Both the position numbers and the translations under genes were made by a program. Under the pieces are notes generated by a model. It was given only the letters and a program-made list of their open reading frames with translations. It had not been told where the DNA came from and searched no databases. 64,000 nucleotides of DNA, from NCBI GenBank assembly GCA_027459665.1, contig DAIDHN010000001.1, positions 72,356 to 136,355 of the forward strand, written 5' to 3'. Positions 38,379-47,404 of the stretch are shown here, piece after piece (the stretch's first letter is position 1; each line of letters opens with the position of its first letter). This DNA comes from Chthonomonadaceae bacterium (GTDB lineage: Bacteria; Armatimonadota; Chthonomonadetes; Chthonomonadales; Chthonomonadaceae).

Positions 38379-39200
38379 TTAGTTGTCCTGAATGGCCCAC
38401 ATTTCGGGTTTAGAGCTTCCCCAGTGAATCCATTTGGCATGGTCATCGCCAAAAATAGCGTTGAAGCCTCCGTTGTGCCTGTCACGCACATAGAAGCCAT
38501 GGTACAGGCCGATTTTCTGGTTGTTGTGCAGTCTCACCCAGCCGTAGTCGGTGTCATCATCTGTTCCCATGTCTGTCCAGTCGCCTTCTGCTATCCATAT
38601 AGAGCCGGAGGGGTTTTGTACGGCAGCATCTGGTACAGAATCGCCGTCCCAGTATGCAGATGGATCATCTGTGAGAATGTAGCCAGACTTGTCTGCTGCA
38701 TTGAAAGAGGGTTCTACCAGTGCAGCGGCCGGCCAGTTAGCAGCACCTGGCTGTATGGCATTCCATATCCAGCTGGTCTGGTTGCATCCCTTGCAGCCCG
38801 AGTCTGTGTTTGCCGGGTTGGGGGGCACATTTTGCCCGCCCGGCCAGCTTTCGTAATACAAATCGGTAACATCCCCCGTTGGGCAAACAAAAATCTGTCT
38901 GTTTTTAATGTAGGGCTGCAGGTTTTCTTCCCAGTCTACCAGGGCATACCCCGGCCCAAAACCAGGCGAATACACGTTGTTTCCCTGTATGCCGTAGCTG
39001 AACACCACCCAGGTATCATCGTAATCCTGCATGTACATATGTGCGCCCAGCCCAATTTGCTGTGCCTGAGCGAGACAGGCAATGGCCTGTGCTTTTTGAC
39101 GTGCCTGTGCAAACACAGGGAATAGAATGGCGGCAAGTATGGCAATAATAGCAATTACTACCAAAAGCTCAATAAGCGTAAACCCTTTCCGGCAAAGCAT
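38379..39200 (-). CDS. DUF1559 protein with N-terminal prepilin-type cleavage/methylation domain (H-X9-DG family)
   Basis: [32 protein letters not shown] pseudopilin N-terminus; QDYDD...; C-terminal [17 protein letters not shown] (H-X9-DG). Confidence 0.85.
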   Translation of the reverse strand: MLCRKGFTLIELLVVIAIIAILAAILFPVFAQARQKAQAIACLAQAQQIGLGAHMYMQDYDDTWVVFSYGIQGNNVYSPGFGPGYALVDWEENLQPYIKNRQIFVCPTGDVTDLYYESWPGGQNVPPNPANTDSGCKGCNQTSWIWNAIQPGAANWPAAALVEPSFNAADKSGYILTDDPSAYWDGDSVPDAAVQNPSGSIWIAEGDWTDMGTDDDTDYGWVRLHNNQKIGLYHGFYVRDRHNGGFNAIFGDDHAKWIHWGSSKPEMWAIQDN

Positions 39201-39272
39201 CGTACTCTCTCCTGTTGACTAGTTGTGGCTTGCGACCAATTGTTCCATATGAATGATGCCTGCAAAACGGAA

Positions 39273-40391
39273 CTATCTTGCAGGCGCTGCACAGGTATCG
39301 CGCACCATGAGTTTGGGGGCCGTAAGTCTTTCCTCATGTGCCTCTGCATGCCCGTCGAGCATTGCAACGAGCATTTCTACGCTCTGTACTCCCAGCAGGT
39401 ACCTGGGGTGCAGCACAGTAGTAAGTCTGGGTTGTATAGCAACAGATTCTGCAATGTCATCGTATCCGCAGATAGAAAGCTCCCTGGGCACCGAAATGCC
39501 TTTTTGGCGGCAGCGGTTGAGCAGATGAATGGCTCGGTAATCTGAAGCGGCAAACAGGGCGGTTGGCGGCGTGTCGAGCTGCATTAGTTCATCCAGCGCA
39601 CGCCAGTCTTCTTCCTGCTGCACCCCCCCGGTCTGCTTCATCCACCTGGGGTCTGGTTCAATGCCGGCGCTTTTGCATGCTCTCAGGTACCCCTTGTACC
39701 TGGGTGCAGACCACTCGGTGTCGCTGCGTCCAACAAAAGCAATTCGCTTGTGCCCCAGTTGTATCAGATAGTTCACCCCCAAAAAAGCCCCCTGTTCCAT
39801 ATCAACCCTCACCGAAGGATAGCCTCCGCAAGGAGGGTTCACCAGCACGCAGGGTGCGTTTTGCCTGCCGGCCATTTCAAGCCCCTGCAAATATTCCTGG
39901 CAAGACATGCTTATCACCAGATAGCCCGTTCCTCCATCGGCCGGCAGTATGTTTTGAAAGCCTTTCAAAGTAATCTGTTCCAGCTTGCAATGGGTATCTG
40001 CCACCCCCTGCATAATGCCAAGCATTATCTCCAGCACTTCATGATAGGTTTCCAAAGCGCTGTAATGCCTGTCCATATCTGCAATAAGCAGAGTGCGCAC
40101 AGTATGCTGCGCAACATGCCTGGCAACGAAAGTGCCCTGCCCTTTGCCGCGTTTTTTCACCACCAGGCCATCGCGTGCCAGCTCATCAAGCGCACGCCGC
40201 ACAGGGGCATCGCTCACCCCATAAATGCCGCACAGTTCAGACAGCACAGGTATCTGCTGCCGGTAGCGAAACTCGCCAGAGAGTATTTTTTCGCGAATAT
40301 CATCATAAATCTGCTGGTACAGCGGTTCTGTTTTTGCAGGGGCAGGCAACGTAGCATGTCCTTTGTTGTTTAAGTGTATACACTTTATCAT
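39273..40391 (-). CDS. GntR-family HTH regulator fused to a LacI-type periplasmic-binding (sugar-binding) domain
   Basis: N-terminal LYQQIYDDIREKILSGEFRYRQQIPVLSELCGIYGVSDAPVRRALDELARDGLVVKKRGKGQGTFV winged helix, followed by PBP type-I fold. Confidence 0.75.
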   Translation of the reverse strand: MIKCIHLNNKGHATLPAPAKTEPLYQQIYDDIREKILSGEFRYRQQIPVLSELCGIYGVSDAPVRRALDELARDGLVVKKRGKGQGTFVARHVAQHTVRTLLIADMDRHYSALETYHEVLEIMLGIMQGVADTHCKLEQITLKGFQNILPADGGTGYLVISMSCQEYLQGLEMAGRQNAPCVLVNPPCGGYPSVRVDMEQGAFLGVNYLIQLGHKRIAFVGRSDTEWSAPRYKGYLRACKSAGIEPDPRWMKQTGGVQQEEDWRALDELMQLDTPPTALFAASDYRAIHLLNRCRQKGISVPRELSICGYDDIAESVAIQPRLTTVLHPRYLLGVQSVEMLVAMLDGHAEAHEERLTAPKLMVRDTCAAPAR

Positions 40392-40420
40392 GAATCTATT
40401 CTCCTGTCAAGTATATTTTG

Positions 40421-40458
40421 CTTATATCTGTAAAACTTAAGTCAAAATATTCTAAAAA
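40421..40458. promoter_or_regulatory. Promoter-region motifs CTTATATCTGTAAAAC and AAATATTCTAAAAA shared with the arsR promoter (14245-14288)
   Basis: Exact 14-mer identity and near identity of the second motif in two regulator promoters. Confidence 0.4.
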
Positions 40459-40685
40459 AGCAGGGCTGGTTGAAAATGAACTGGCGTATTGCTGCGCAGC
40501 GTCGTATATGATGCAGTCTGAACGCGTCCTAGCCCGCCTGCTGCACAGGCCTGCAGCAGGCAGATGGAGATTACAGGTGTTTAGCCCTGGCAGACTGCGG
40601 GGGCTGTTTTTTATTTATGCAGGGAAAACAGCAGTGCATGTGGAATAGAAGTGCTACCATTTACTGGGAAGGATGTGGTGCTGTT

Positions 40686-40910
40686 ATGCCGCGAGTGTGC
40701 GTTACACTGAGCGAAGAAGAGCATGAATGGCTGCACCGCCATGCCTACTGGCAGGGCAGCAGCATGGCGGGTTCGCTGCGCAGATTGCTGCTGCGGCGAA
40801 TTGCTGAGGAAGGCTATCTGCGCCCGCCCGACAATGAACCTCAGGATTTTGGGTACGAAAAAGAACTCCTGCAGCACATTGTTGCACTGCAGGAGAACCT
40901 GGCGGAATAG
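40686..40910 (+). CDS. Small ribbon-helix-helix (CopG/Arc-like) domain protein
   Basis: MPRVCVTLSEEEHEWLHRHAYWQ... beta-strand/helix pattern of RHH proteins; GGAAGGA 12 nt upstream of ATG 40686; divergent from the GntR regulator. Confidence 0.35.
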   Translation: MPRVCVTLSEEEHEWLHRHAYWQGSSMAGSLRRLLLRRIAEEGYLRPPDNEPQDFGYEKELLQHIVALQENLAE

Positions 40911-40916
40911 ATGCAG

Positions 40917-41774
40917 TTACTCGTGCAGAAAACCGTTTTCCAGCCGCCCTTCCAGCGAAATGCTTCTATGCTCTCCCTGCTCTACCCATACCCCGCAGGG
41001 GCCTCCGCCTTCGCTCATTCCAATCTCTGCAGTTTCTCCGTTCATATGCAGCAGAGGATGATAGTAAGGAGCAACGCTGCGGGCGTCTCCTACAACGTAA
41101 TGCCCAATGAGAGCGCGCCGAAAGCGATTTTGGGAACAGTTGGGCAAACTGCCGTGCACCAGATTACCGTTGAAGAAAAGAACATCCCCCGGTTCCATAA
41201 TCACGGGTTCCACTTTGGCATCCGGCGGCAGAGGCACGGTAACATCGGTAAAGCTCTGCGTAGTATCTGCATGCACAGGGCAGAGAACGGGCCACTTCTG
41301 GCTGCCAGGCACTACCTGCAGGCAGCCGTTTTCTTCGTCACACCTGTCAAGGGCCATCCATGCCGCCATACACGTGCCGGGCTGTACCTTCAGGTAAAAC
41401 TGATCCTGATGCAGCGCCTGGCCTCTGCCGCCTGCCGGCTTGAAGTAGAGCATCGTCTGCACTGCATACGGCTCACTGCCAAGCAGTGCGGTAAGACACC
41501 GGTTGATTCGTTCGTCCAGAAGCCAGTTTCTGGAGGTCTCGTCCCAGCGATGCATGTGAATCATGCGAGGATAGCGCTTCAGCGGATCGGAACTGGTAAG
41601 GTCTACTCCGGCAAAATCACCGGGAAGCTCCCCTTTTTCACGCATCTGCATGAAGTGCTGAATATAGTGTTCCACTTCTTCGCGGCTAAAGAGACCGCGC
41701 ACAACGGTATACCCGTCCTGCACAAATTGGGCGACAGCTTCTTCCAGCATGTCAGCCAGATTCAATGTAGTCAT
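40917..41774 (-). CDS. Phytanoyl-CoA dioxygenase (PhyH) family oxygenase, second paralogue
   Basis: PhyH-like motifs (ALHQDQFYL HxD, C-terminal His) ; start at internal ATG (MTTLNLADML). Confidence 0.65.
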   Translation of the reverse strand: MTTLNLADMLEEAVAQFVQDGYTVVRGLFSREEVEHYIQHFMQMREKGELPGDFAGVDLTSSDPLKRYPRMIHMHRWDETSRNWLLDERINRCLTALLGSEPYAVQTMLYFKPAGGRGQALHQDQFYLKVQPGTCMAAWMALDRCDEENGCLQVVPGSQKWPVLCPVHADTTQSFTDVTVPLPPDAKVEPVIMEPGDVLFFNGNLVHGSLPNCSQNRFRRALIGHYVVGDARSVAPYYHPLLHMNGETAEIGMSEGGGPCGVWVEQGEHRSISLEGRLENGFLHE

Positions 41775-41887
41775 GGTTTGCACCCCACTCTGTGTGAACA
41801 CCTGTTGCAAAAGTATTTGAGCAAAAGGCCGTACTACATAATACACCGGAATACTCCCTGCGTCAACCTATTTCAGAGGATTTCAAC

Positions 41888-43966
41888 ATGCTCATTATGA
41901 CCAAACGTTTAATATCGCTCGCGGCGCTGCTGCCGGCACTGCTGCAACAGTCGGCGGGCGCACAAAACAACAACTTTCGACCGCCCGCCGTACCGCTTAT
42001 TGTGCGCAACCCATACCTCAGCACCTGGCTCAATGCCACCCGCCTCAATAAGCACTGGCCCGTGTTTTGGAATGGGGAAACACGAGGTTTCATGGGCATG
42101 GCGCGCATAGACGGCAAAACATACCGATTTATGGGAGATGCCGCCGGCCCATACACGATTATGCACCAATCCAGCCTCAAAATAACAGCTACACGCTCAT
42201 TGTTCACCTTTGAGGCAGGAGGGATAGCCCTGCACCTGGACTTTGTTTCTCCTGTTTCTCCACACAGTCTGCAGCAGCAGTCTGAACCGCTTGGGCTGGT
42301 ATTTGCTTCTGCCCAAAGCACCGACGGCTCTCTGCACAAGGTAAGCCTCTATTTCGATATGACCGGAGAATGGGCAGCCCCAGACAACCGCTCGCTCATT
42401 ACCTGGAAACGCCATGAACTGGGCATAGGATCGGGCACGCTTACCGCCTACTCTGTACAGCCCCTGCAGCCCACTGTGCTGGGCGAGTACCATGATGAGG
42501 CTACCTGGGGGAAAGCGCTGTTCGCGGCTGAAAACGGCCCCGATGTTACCACAGCCTGCGGACCGGATACAGTAGAACGTGCTGCCTTTGCCGCCGCCGG
42601 CAAACTGAACGGCGGCGTAGATGCCAATATGCCGCGTGCAGTATCAAGCGCATGGCCGGTGTTTGCCTTCAGCTTTCAGCTGGGGCGGGTAGACGCCCAT
42701 TCCACCCCGCCTGTCACACTGGCCGCAGGTCTGGTGCAAAACCCGGCGGTAAGCTATTTGGGGCACCGCCTCCCTCCGCTCTGGAAGTCTTACTGGCCAA
42801 CCTGGGAGAAAATGCTTGGCTCTTTCTATGCAGCCTCTTCTTCTACCCTGAAGCGCTGTAAAAAGCTGGATGCTGCCATCACAGCAGATGCATCTCGCGC
42901 TGCCGGCCCTCACTACGCCGACATATGCGCACTTGCATTCAGGCAGGCGTTTGGCGCCACTGAACTGGTGGGAACTGCCAAAAAACCCTGGATGTTTATG
43001 AAAGAAATCAGCAGCGATGGAAACGTTTCTACAGTAGATGTGGTTTACCCAGCCTATCCGGTTTTTGCCTACAGCAATCCGCATCTGCTGCGCCTGCTGC
43101 TTTCTCCCCTGCTTGCCTATGCTGAAACAGGCGGATGGCCAAAACCTTTTGCAGAGCATGACATAGGCGCTTCGTTTCCCAATGCCAACGGTCACAATGA
43201 CGGCAGGGAAGAAGACATGCCCGTAGAAGAATCTGCCAACATGCTGATTATGTTCGACAGTGTGGTGCGTACACTGCCGGCAGCAGAGGCGCATTTGTAC
43301 GCACTAAAGCATTACCGCATCCTCAAACAGTGGGCAGACTACGAAGCAGCCAATGCACAAGACCCGGCCTACCAGAACCAGACAGACGACTTTACAGGCT
43401 TTATCAAAAGCAGCGCCAACCTCGCGCTCAAAGGCATTGTGGGAGTGGGAGCGATGAGCCAGATCGCTGAGGCAGCCGGAAACGGCCCGGATGCTGCCCG
43501 CTACCTCGCCCAGGCACACAAAATGATTGCAAAATGGGTGCAGCTGGCTATGTCTACACAAAAAGACCACCTTACGCTCGCCTATGGCCACAACAACACC
43601 TGGAGCCTGAAATACAACGCCTTCCCAGACAAGGCCCTGCACCTCGATCTGATACCAGAGAGCGTACTCAACATGGAGGCGCGCTATTACCTTACCAAAG
43701 CCAATGCCTTCGGTATACCGCTGGATGGCAGGCACACCTACACCAAAACAGACTGGGAACTCTGGACTGCTGCTTCTACCGATGACGCCGCCCTGCGCAG
43801 CACAATAGTAAACGACATCTGGAAGTTCGCTAACGAGAGTCCAAGCCGTGCAGCATTCACCGACTGGTACGACACCATCAGCGGCAAGCAGATAGGCTTT
43901 ACTGCACGCCCAGTTATTGGCGGCCTGTTTGCCATACTGGTGCGAGACGGCGTTACCCTCAAATAA
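41888..43966 (+). CDS. Secreted glutaminase-A-like (DUF4964/DUF5127/DUF4965/DUF1793) six-hairpin glycosidase-type protein
   Basis: Signal peptide; N-terminal FRPPAVPLIVRNPYLSTWLNATRLNKHWPVFWNGETRGFMGMARIDGKTYRFMGD matches the family N-terminus; AGAGGA RBS. Confidence 0.65.
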   Translation: MLIMTKRLISLAALLPALLQQSAGAQNNNFRPPAVPLIVRNPYLSTWLNATRLNKHWPVFWNGETRGFMGMARIDGKTYRFMGDAAGPYTIMHQSSLKITATRSLFTFEAGGIALHLDFVSPVSPHSLQQQSEPLGLVFASAQSTDGSLHKVSLYFDMTGEWAAPDNRSLITWKRHELGIGSGTLTAYSVQPLQPTVLGEYHDEATWGKALFAAENGPDVTTACGPDTVERAAFAAAGKLNGGVDANMPRAVSSAWPVFAFSFQLGRVDAHSTPPVTLAAGLVQNPAVSYLGHRLPPLWKSYWPTWEKMLGSFYAASSSTLKRCKKLDAAITADASRAAGPHYADICALAFRQAFGATELVGTAKKPWMFMKEISSDGNVSTVDVVYPAYPVFAYSNPHLLRLLLSPLLAYAETGGWPKPFAEHDIGASFPNANGHNDGREEDMPVEESANMLIMFDSVVRTLPAAEAHLYALKHYRILKQWADYEAANAQDPAYQNQTDDFTGFIKSSANLALKGIVGVGAMSQIAEAAGNGPDAARYLAQAHKMIAKWVQLAMSTQKDHLTLAYGHNNTWSLKYNAFPDKALHLDLIPESVLNMEARYYLTKANAFGIPLDGRHTYTKTDWELWTAASTDDAALRSTIVNDIWKFANESPSRAAFTDWYDTISGKQIGFTARPVIGGLFAILVRDGVTLK

Positions 43967-43981
43967 CTTCTGCAAACCTGC

Positions 43982-44006
43982 ACAGGGCATGCACTGCATG
44001 CCCTGT
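43982..44006. terminator. Perfect 11-bp GC-rich hairpin ACAGGGCATGC-act-GCATGCCCTGT between the glutaminase-like gene and the LamG giant (terminator/attenuator, no U-tract)
   Basis: Direct reading of the sequence. Confidence 0.4.
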
Positions 44007-44025
44007 GTACTGGAGCCGATTTGCC

Positions 44026-47000
44026 ATGTTTACAAAGCACACATTTCTGCCGGCGCTTCTCTTTCTGTCTGTTGCGGCATCAGCTTCACAGCCTCCTCCC
44101 CCGCTTGTCTCGCTTTCTGCAGCCGCATATTCCACAGGCAATACAATCTGGAAGAACTCAGGCTCTCTTGGCAACTTTCACGCCATTGGGCATCCTCTCA
44201 AGGTGAAAATGCAAGGGGTGGAGGCGGTAGAGCTGAACGGCAGGCAGAATGCATTCACAGGGCCGCTGCCCGGGCCGCTGCTAAGCGGAAATGCGCAGCG
44301 CACCATTTCGCTCTGGGTATACAGCCCGCGCATTTCCTCGCCAGAAGAAGCCATGGTGTGCATGGGAAAACGGGGCGGCCCTTCTGGAACACTGCTGGCA
44401 TTCGGCTGGGGAAGCGACCCTGCCTACGGCGCAGTTGCGCACTGGGTGGATGATATGGGCTGGAACGGCCCTCCCATGCCCGGCAGATGGCATTACCTTG
44501 CCTATACCTTCGATGGCAAAACAGCGAAAGTCTACGATGACGGGGTGCTGAAAAACAGCCTGCAGCTTACCCTGCATACACCGAAGAGCTACCCCGTATT
44601 GATAGGCGCCGAAACATCTGCGGCAGGCAGACCACAGTTTACCAATGAATTTACCCAAGGGCCGCTGGCCGGCCAGATGGATATATCTACCATTGTCATA
44701 CGCCCTTATGCGCTTTCTGCAGCAGGCGTACGCGCCCGGTTTCTGGCAAACCGAAAGCGCTATCACGCCCGCCTGCGCGATGCAATGGGCTATCTGGCAT
44801 ATGGCACTCAGAGCCTGCAGGCCGGCCCGTTCACCCTTACCCTGTTAAACAGACTGGGGGTAGCCGCTGGCCTGACGGCACGTCAGACAGGCTTCAACTT
44901 CCTCCCTCTCGACCGGCTGCTCTCCCGTTCGGCCCCAGGTTACTTTCAGCTGGGAGACTGCACTTTGCGCGTACGCGAAAGGGGAATGCCCTGGCACAGG
45001 TTCTCCAGTGCAGACCGGGCGGCAATGCCCTATGCACTGCACAACAAAAATACCCTGCTCTCACAAAATATCACTCCGCAGATGGGCGCTTCCTGCCCGG
45101 TACAGGTAACAAGATCGTGGAAAATACTGCATGGAAAACTGGCGCTCTCATTCCGCATATACAACCCGACGCGCAAAACCCTGCAGCTGGGGGAATTCGG
45201 CATTCCCATGGTGTTCAACAACATTCTGACAGGGCGCACTCTCACACAGGCTCATGTTTCTTGTGTCTTCGCCGACCCTGCCATCTGCCAGGATGCCGGT
45301 TATGTTCAGGTTACCCGCCTCAACGGGCACGGGCCGGCGCTGCTGGTGACCCCATACCGACGCACCCCGCTGGAAGCGTACGGACAGCTAAAAACAGACC
45401 CTACCCCGCGGGATGTTACCTTTGAGGGCTTTTATCAGTGGATGACCTGCACAAAGGCCATGATGCATTCCGACTGGAAGCAGGTACATCCTTTCAATGT
45501 TCCCACCATGCGTGTTCTGCTTCCGGGGGGCGCTGTACGCTACACGCTGATGTTCAGCCTGTCTCCTTCAGTTCAGGCAATACAGACTACGCTGGCCGCC
45601 CTGCACCGCCCGGTGTTTGCAGGCATACCCGGCTATGTGTTCGGCACAGATGAAACCGCTCATCTGTTTGTACACGAAAACAGCCCTATTGCCTCCATTG
45701 CCTGCATACCTGCAGGCAGCATGCGCATTGCAAAAGCCCGCCGCACTCTTGCTGCAGGCTGGATGGGCTATACTCTGCACGGTCTGCACCCCGGGCGGTG
45801 CCGAATAGAAGTGCATACAAAATCGGGCGCACTGCAAACAGTGTGCTGCCGCATCACTTCACCACAGTCTGTGCAGGTACGCCGCTACGGCCGCTTTATG
45901 GCAGAACATCAATGGTATGCAGACCCGCAAGACCCGTTTCACCGCACAGATTCTTTTATGCCTTACAACCTCTACACCCACAGCATGGTGCTGCAGCATT
46001 CGCACACCTGGTTTTCTGGGTTGAGCGATGAGATAGGCGCAGGAGCTTCGGTAGGAATGGCAGCGCTGAATTTGGAAAAGCCCGATGTACGCGAAATTCA
46101 TCTACTAGATACCTACGTACAGCACACATTGTGGGGGCACGTGCAAAACAAAAATTACAGCGTGAGAGCCAGCCTGTTTTACTACGACCCCAAAGCGCTG
46201 CCGAACTTTCACTACACAGTGCATGAAGGATGGGACAAGGCCCGCTCTGAAACTACCTGGCGCAGTTTCAACTATCCGCATGTAGTTTCTGTTTACTGGT
46301 CGCTGTACCGCATTGCCCGCACACACCCCGATATAAAGCTGCAACAGCCGTGGCAGTGGTATCTGAATCAGGCATGGCGCACTACCATGGCTGTTGAAAA
46401 ATATGCGCCGGGTTATGCCGCTACCGAAGGGCTGATGGTGGGCAGCTGCTTTGTGCATCTGCTGCACGATTTGCACCGGGAAGGATGGAACCGCAGGGCA
46501 GATGCCATGCAGCAGTACATGCAGACCAGAGAAAAGTACTGGGCCTCAAAACGCTATCCGTTTGGCAGTGAAATGCCCTGGGATTCTACCGGCCAGGAAG
46601 AGATTTACAGCTGGTTTCGATTTTTTCACAATGCTCACATGGCACGGGTTACTGTGCGCGCTGTACTGGGCTATATGCCCTGCGTACCCAACTGGGCATA
46701 CAATGGCGCCGCGCGCCGCTACTGGGATGCCCCTGTAAATGGCACGCAGTGGCAGGATATTGTGCGCATGACCAACCACTATGGTTCGGGAATAAACGCC
46801 ATACCCATTATGGATGATTACCGAAGACACCCCTCCAGGCTGCTGCTGCTGCAAACCGGCTACGCTGGCTACAGCCAGCTGATGGCCAACATCAACCGGC
46901 AGGGTTTTGCCTCGTATGGCTTTGATGCCGATGCATCCATTCTGAAATTCGATCCCAACACGGCAGATTACGGCATAGCATTTTATGGGTACAGCAGAGA

Positions 47001-47364
47001 AGCAGCAGCCTATGCTGTGAAGAGCAGACGCTTTGGCTGGCTTGGCTTTGGGTGCAATACAGAGGCAAAAGGCAGCAGAATAAGCATTGTTCCTACCGAT
47101 GGGTTTCACAAGCGTCTGTTTGCCGCGCCTTTTGGTTTATGGGCGCGCCTTGAGGCTGGCACAATACAGAAGGCGGTGCTGCACATGCTTCACAAGCGCG
47201 TTGTTCTCACTCTGGCGCCTTCCGGCATTGCGGCGCTTTTGCGCATACAGCAAACTACTGCCCAGGGCGCAGCATGGCGCCCCGCACAAAAACTACTCAG
47301 GTTGCACGGGTGCTGGGTTATACCGCCCTCCAGCAAATCCAGGCGTGTTGTGCTGATTCCGTAA
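44026..47364 (+). CDS. Giant secreted protein (about 1110 aa) with N-terminal LamG/ConA-like lectin domain; probable glycan-active enzyme
   Basis: Signal peptide MFTKHTFLPALLFLSVAASASQ; LamG-like segment TISLWVY...AFGWG...WHYLAYTFDGKTAKVYDDG; remainder unassigned. Confidence 0.55.
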   Translation: MFTKHTFLPALLFLSVAASASQPPPPLVSLSAAAYSTGNTIWKNSGSLGNFHAIGHPLKVKMQGVEAVELNGRQNAFTGPLPGPLLSGNAQRTISLWVYSPRISSPEEAMVCMGKRGGPSGTLLAFGWGSDPAYGAVAHWVDDMGWNGPPMPGRWHYLAYTFDGKTAKVYDDGVLKNSLQLTLHTPKSYPVLIGAETSAAGRPQFTNEFTQGPLAGQMDISTIVIRPYALSAAGVRARFLANRKRYHARLRDAMGYLAYGTQSLQAGPFTLTLLNRLGVAAGLTARQTGFNFLPLDRLLSRSAPGYFQLGDCTLRVRERGMPWHRFSSADRAAMPYALHNKNTLLSQNITPQMGASCPVQVTRSWKILHGKLALSFRIYNPTRKTLQLGEFGIPMVFNNILTGRTLTQAHVSCVFADPAICQDAGYVQVTRLNGHGPALLVTPYRRTPLEAYGQLKTDPTPRDVTFEGFYQWMTCTKAMMHSDWKQVHPFNVPTMRVLLPGGAVRYTLMFSLSPSVQAIQTTLAALHRPVFAGIPGYVFGTDETAHLFVHENSPIASIACIPAGSMRIAKARRTLAAGWMGYTLHGLHPGRCRIEVHTKSGALQTVCCRITSPQSVQVRRYGRFMAEHQWYADPQDPFHRTDSFMPYNLYTHSMVLQHSHTWFSGLSDEIGAGASVGMAALNLEKPDVREIHLLDTYVQHTLWGHVQNKNYSVRASLFYYDPKALPNFHYTVHEGWDKARSETTWRSFNYPHVVSVYWSLYRIARTHPDIKLQQPWQWYLNQAWRTTMAVEKYAPGYAATEGLMVGSCFVHLLHDLHREGWNRRADAMQQYMQTREKYWASKRYPFGSEMPWDSTGQEEIYSWFRFFHNAHMARVTVRAVLGYMPCVPNWAYNGAARRYWDAPVNGTQWQDIVRMTNHYGSGINAIPIMDDYRRHPSRLLLLQTGYAGYSQLMANINRQGFASYGFDADASILKFDPNTADYGIAFYGYSREAAAYAVKSRRFGWLGFGCNTEAKGSRISIVPTDGFHKRLFAAPFGLWARLEAGTIQKAVLHMLHKRVVLTLAPSGIAALLRIQQTTAQGAAWRPAQKLLRLHGCWVIPPSSKSRRVVLIP

Positions 47365-47404
47365 AGTAAATCAGCACAACAAATTGCTCCCTGCAGCGCA
47401 AGGG

